From Octopus bimaculoides (taxonomy: Eukaryota), in contig NC_068992.1 of assembly GCF_001194135.2 (NCBI RefSeq), positions 44,225,122 through 44,289,121 on the forward strand: a stretch of 64,000 nt of DNA. The letters are read 5' to 3'. The notes beneath the pieces are model-generated. The model was not told the DNA's origin. It did not search any database and saw only the letters and a list, made by a program, of their open reading frames with translations. Positions 1 to 64,000 of this stretch are shown piece by piece. Position 1 is the stretch's first letter. Every line of letters begins with the position of its first letter. Made by a program: the position numbers and the translations under genes.

Positions 1-802
1 CAAGGAAAATGCATGCTTCAACGATTAAGCAAATATCTTTGGATATCTGTCAGGATCAAAAACATCTGTATTTTGGCATGTTACAACATTTTTACCTATC
101 ACCACCTCCTTGTGTGTACTTGTCGATAATCGCTGAAATCTTGAATTTTTATCAAAGAAATATAACTCAAACAAATATGGTTTAGCTACAACAAAATACC
201 TGACTGCATTAACGTTTTCAATGCTGCTGCTGATGCTACTCTGATCTATTCATGTTTATATTTTTGTTGAAAATATGCTACCACGATAAAAACTGCACCT
301 CCACCTTCTTAAAGGATCACACACCTCTTAAATGCATAGTCATTGCTGCCAAAATCATTTACGTTTCTTCTGTGAAGTGGATAGAATATGAAGTAATATA
401 GTATTGACAGTTGTCATTACTTGTTAACGGGAAAAATTAAGCAACAGACCCACAAAAAGAATATGTCAATGAATTATGAATTGGAAATAAAATTAAATCC
501 GCTTTATATCTTTTCCATTCAGTAGATTCTGTGTTTGCTATATCTGTTTAAGAAAGTTACACTAATGTGAAGCACTGAGTTAATTTTCACAAAACTTTCC
601 AGTTTTCCAATCTACATTATTTTCGTTCATGATGTAACACATATTTAAGTTCAAATTCTCTTTATTCGATACAGTTAGTACTTGTAATTTACTAGGATCT
701 TTGAATTGTAAAGCATCAATTGTAATCACAAGCCTGCTACATTTGATGATATTCAATTGTTGTTGTATTATTGTAAAATAACATTGCTCTTTCATATTCT
801 AG

Positions 803-61741
<60,939 letters not shown>

Positions 61742-61800
61742 GTGAGTTTTATTTAAATAGTTTCCATAAATATACATATATACATACATGCATATATATA

Positions 61801-61850
<50 letters not shown>

Positions 61851-62449
61851 TCAAAGTGTACAGTGTATGGTATTATATATTCATTATGGCCAGTCTTATC
61901 AAATGGTTTCACACTGGGTATTAAACCAGATGTTTTATAACAACATGGTTATATAGCGTGTGCTCAAAAGAGACAGCAGGAATGAAAAAAATAGAAATGG
62001 TGACTGCTCTCCATTATTGGAGGTGAAAATCCACATCCAATTACTGTGAAAAATGACAAAACAAACTGAAGAGTTATAACAAGAGTTATGTCTCTTGGCT
62101 CCAAAGAATTCTGAGATGCAAGTCTATAAGGGTTTTCTGAAAATGTGTGTAGGGGTTATAGATTGATATTCATGGTGGGTTAGAATATGTATTGGGGTAT
62201 TCTATGTATAGGGTCTCTATGGGGGTTGGAGATGCTAGGTGGGTGCCCAAATGCTTAAGTCTATGATAGTTTGCATATGTGTCTATGTTCAGTTGTGTAT
62301 ATTTTGGTTAAACTCTTTGGTGGATTCTCAGGATGTGGTAGTGAAAGAGTCAAAGGAGAAGAATTGGTGATAGTAATGATGAGACCTGTAGATATGATAA
62401 TATACGCTTTCTTTCATGCAATCCAGAAAGGGTGGTGCTCTCCAATTCA

Positions 62450-63045
62450 CCAAAAAGAAACTTGTCAATGTTTGCATTTTCTGAAAATTTCTGGTCTGGA
62501 ATTCAGTACTGTGATGGAATTCTTAGATCTAAGAGGGATATGCTATCTTCCAGCTACTCATAACTTGTATTCTTTTTATTCCATTAACATATGGCATGGA
62601 TTTTCCTACGATTTTCCACTTGATTGTATATGGCATGTAGCTGGTCATCAAACCCCATAGTGGCCAGCCAACTTAGTAGCTTTCCTGTTGTCCATGTACC
62701 AGAAAGAAGGTAGGTGGTTAGCATAGTGACTTTTGAAGTTGCTTTTGCATAACCCAATGTAATTTTTCTTTTCAGTTAGGTCATCTTGTAACATTGCTGT
62801 AACTCCTAACTCTTATACGACAGACTTTATCATGCACATCTGGTTGAGTCGACAAGCTCCGGGGTCTTGGCAGTTACAACTGGAAGTGGGCTCTTGATAG
62901 TGTTTGCAGGTAATGATGCTCTTCACATTGGAGCAGCAGCTATAGGATAATTTATTTGAGCATCTTTTGAAGATCTTTCTGTATTTGTGATTTTCTGGTA
63001 AATGCTTATCTAAGAGAGAGAGAGGAATCTTAAGTTTTAACATTT
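62450..63045 (-). mobile_element. Second Penelope-like element, GIY-YIG remnant of a different family
   Basis: LLDKHLPENHKYRKIFKR..KLSYSCCSNVKSII..CNCQDPGACRLNQMCMIKSVV; frameshifted NYIGLCKSNFKSHYANH..TIKWKIVGKS..VLNSRPEIFRKCKH. Confidence 0.8.
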
Positions 63046-63732
63046 AGGGTGAAGGGGCAAACAAAATTATTTTTCTAGGTCAGTTTTCAAGTTTATTTTT
63101 ATTATTCATTGTGCTTATGGTACAGTTTATAAACCATACCATAAGCCCAGTGAGAAACTTTCCTACGTACACAAACAGTTCTGCCACCCACTCATAGTGC
63201 TTAAAAACTTGATAGCTAACGTTGGTAATAAGATAACCAACTTCTCTTATTCTAAAGAAATTTTTGATAAGGCAGCTCCCTACTATGGCAATACCCTTAG
63301 TTAACAGTTGCTTTAAAGATAAGTTATTTTACGACACTTCTAGTAATGGTATCAATAAAGAAAATAGATCTAAGAATAAGACTGAGGAAAATAATTTGGT
63401 TCCCCTCCTCTATGCTTTACAGGAAAATTTGGTAGATGGAAACTGTGTGGAAGTCTGTTGTGTGAGCGTATATATGTGTGTATATGACAATATCTTACTG
63501 TTTTAGCTTGTCATGCCATGTGGCAGAGCCTGAGGGTTGCATGAAGACACCAGACATGCTGTAGAATACTGTTTGAATTGCTTTCATCACATGAAACTAT
63601 TTGTAACTCATAAAAATATATATTGTGTTTATTAAATAATATTTATTTCTCACCAGATGGAGTACTTTTTTTGTTGATCTTACCTTTCTCAAAGCAGTAC
63701 ACTATGTCTGTCTGTCTGTATGTATGTATTAT

Positions 63733-64000
63733 CATCATCGTTTAACGTCCGCCTTCCATGCTAGCATGGGTTGGACGATCTGACTGAGGACTGGTGAAAC
63801 CGGATGGCAACACCAGACTCCAATCTGATTTGGCAGCGTTTCTACAGCTGGATGCCCTTCCTAAAGCCAACCACTCAGAGAGTGTAGTGGGTGCTTTTAC
63901 GTGTCACCCGCACGAAGGCCAGTCAGGTGGTACTGGCAAAGGCCACGCTCATCTCGCTCGAGAAACCTCATGTGTCACCCGCACAAGAGCCAGCCCAGGG
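63733..64000 (-). mobile_element. RTE-clade LINE 3' UTR fragment
   Basis: Near-identical to the 28960-29240 copy; continues past the window edge. Confidence 0.82.

Overview
This is AT-rich, microsatellite-dense animal genomic DNA with several N gaps. The SINE, RTE and mariner repeat landscape suggests a cephalopod, probably Octopus (inference). The window is dominated by one + strand multi-exon gene for a secreted ADAMTS-like protein, most similar to THSD4/ADAMTSL6 (Drosophila lonely heart type). I assembled eight coding exons by hand (803-61741, 1673 nt, about 557 aa, all GT-AG introns with matching phases). They encode TSP1, Cys-rich module, spacer, a long His/Arg-rich insert and a second TSP1; both ends of the gene lie outside the window. 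The introns hold decayed Tc1/mariner, hAT (Buster-type), RTE and Penelope-like elements plus two tRNA-headed SINE families. The main points for a second look are: (1) a candidate internal first exon at 38088-38153 encoding a signal-peptide-like 22-mer that splices in frame to the KIGCD exon, paralleling the vertebrate short ADAMTSL-6 beta isoform, with a recursive splice site as the alternative reading; (2) a CpG-retaining domain around that exon; (3) a fully paired minimal hammerhead ribozyme with a U3-A8 core variant at the 3' end of a Penelope-like element. Transposon boundaries are approximate and were set by eye.
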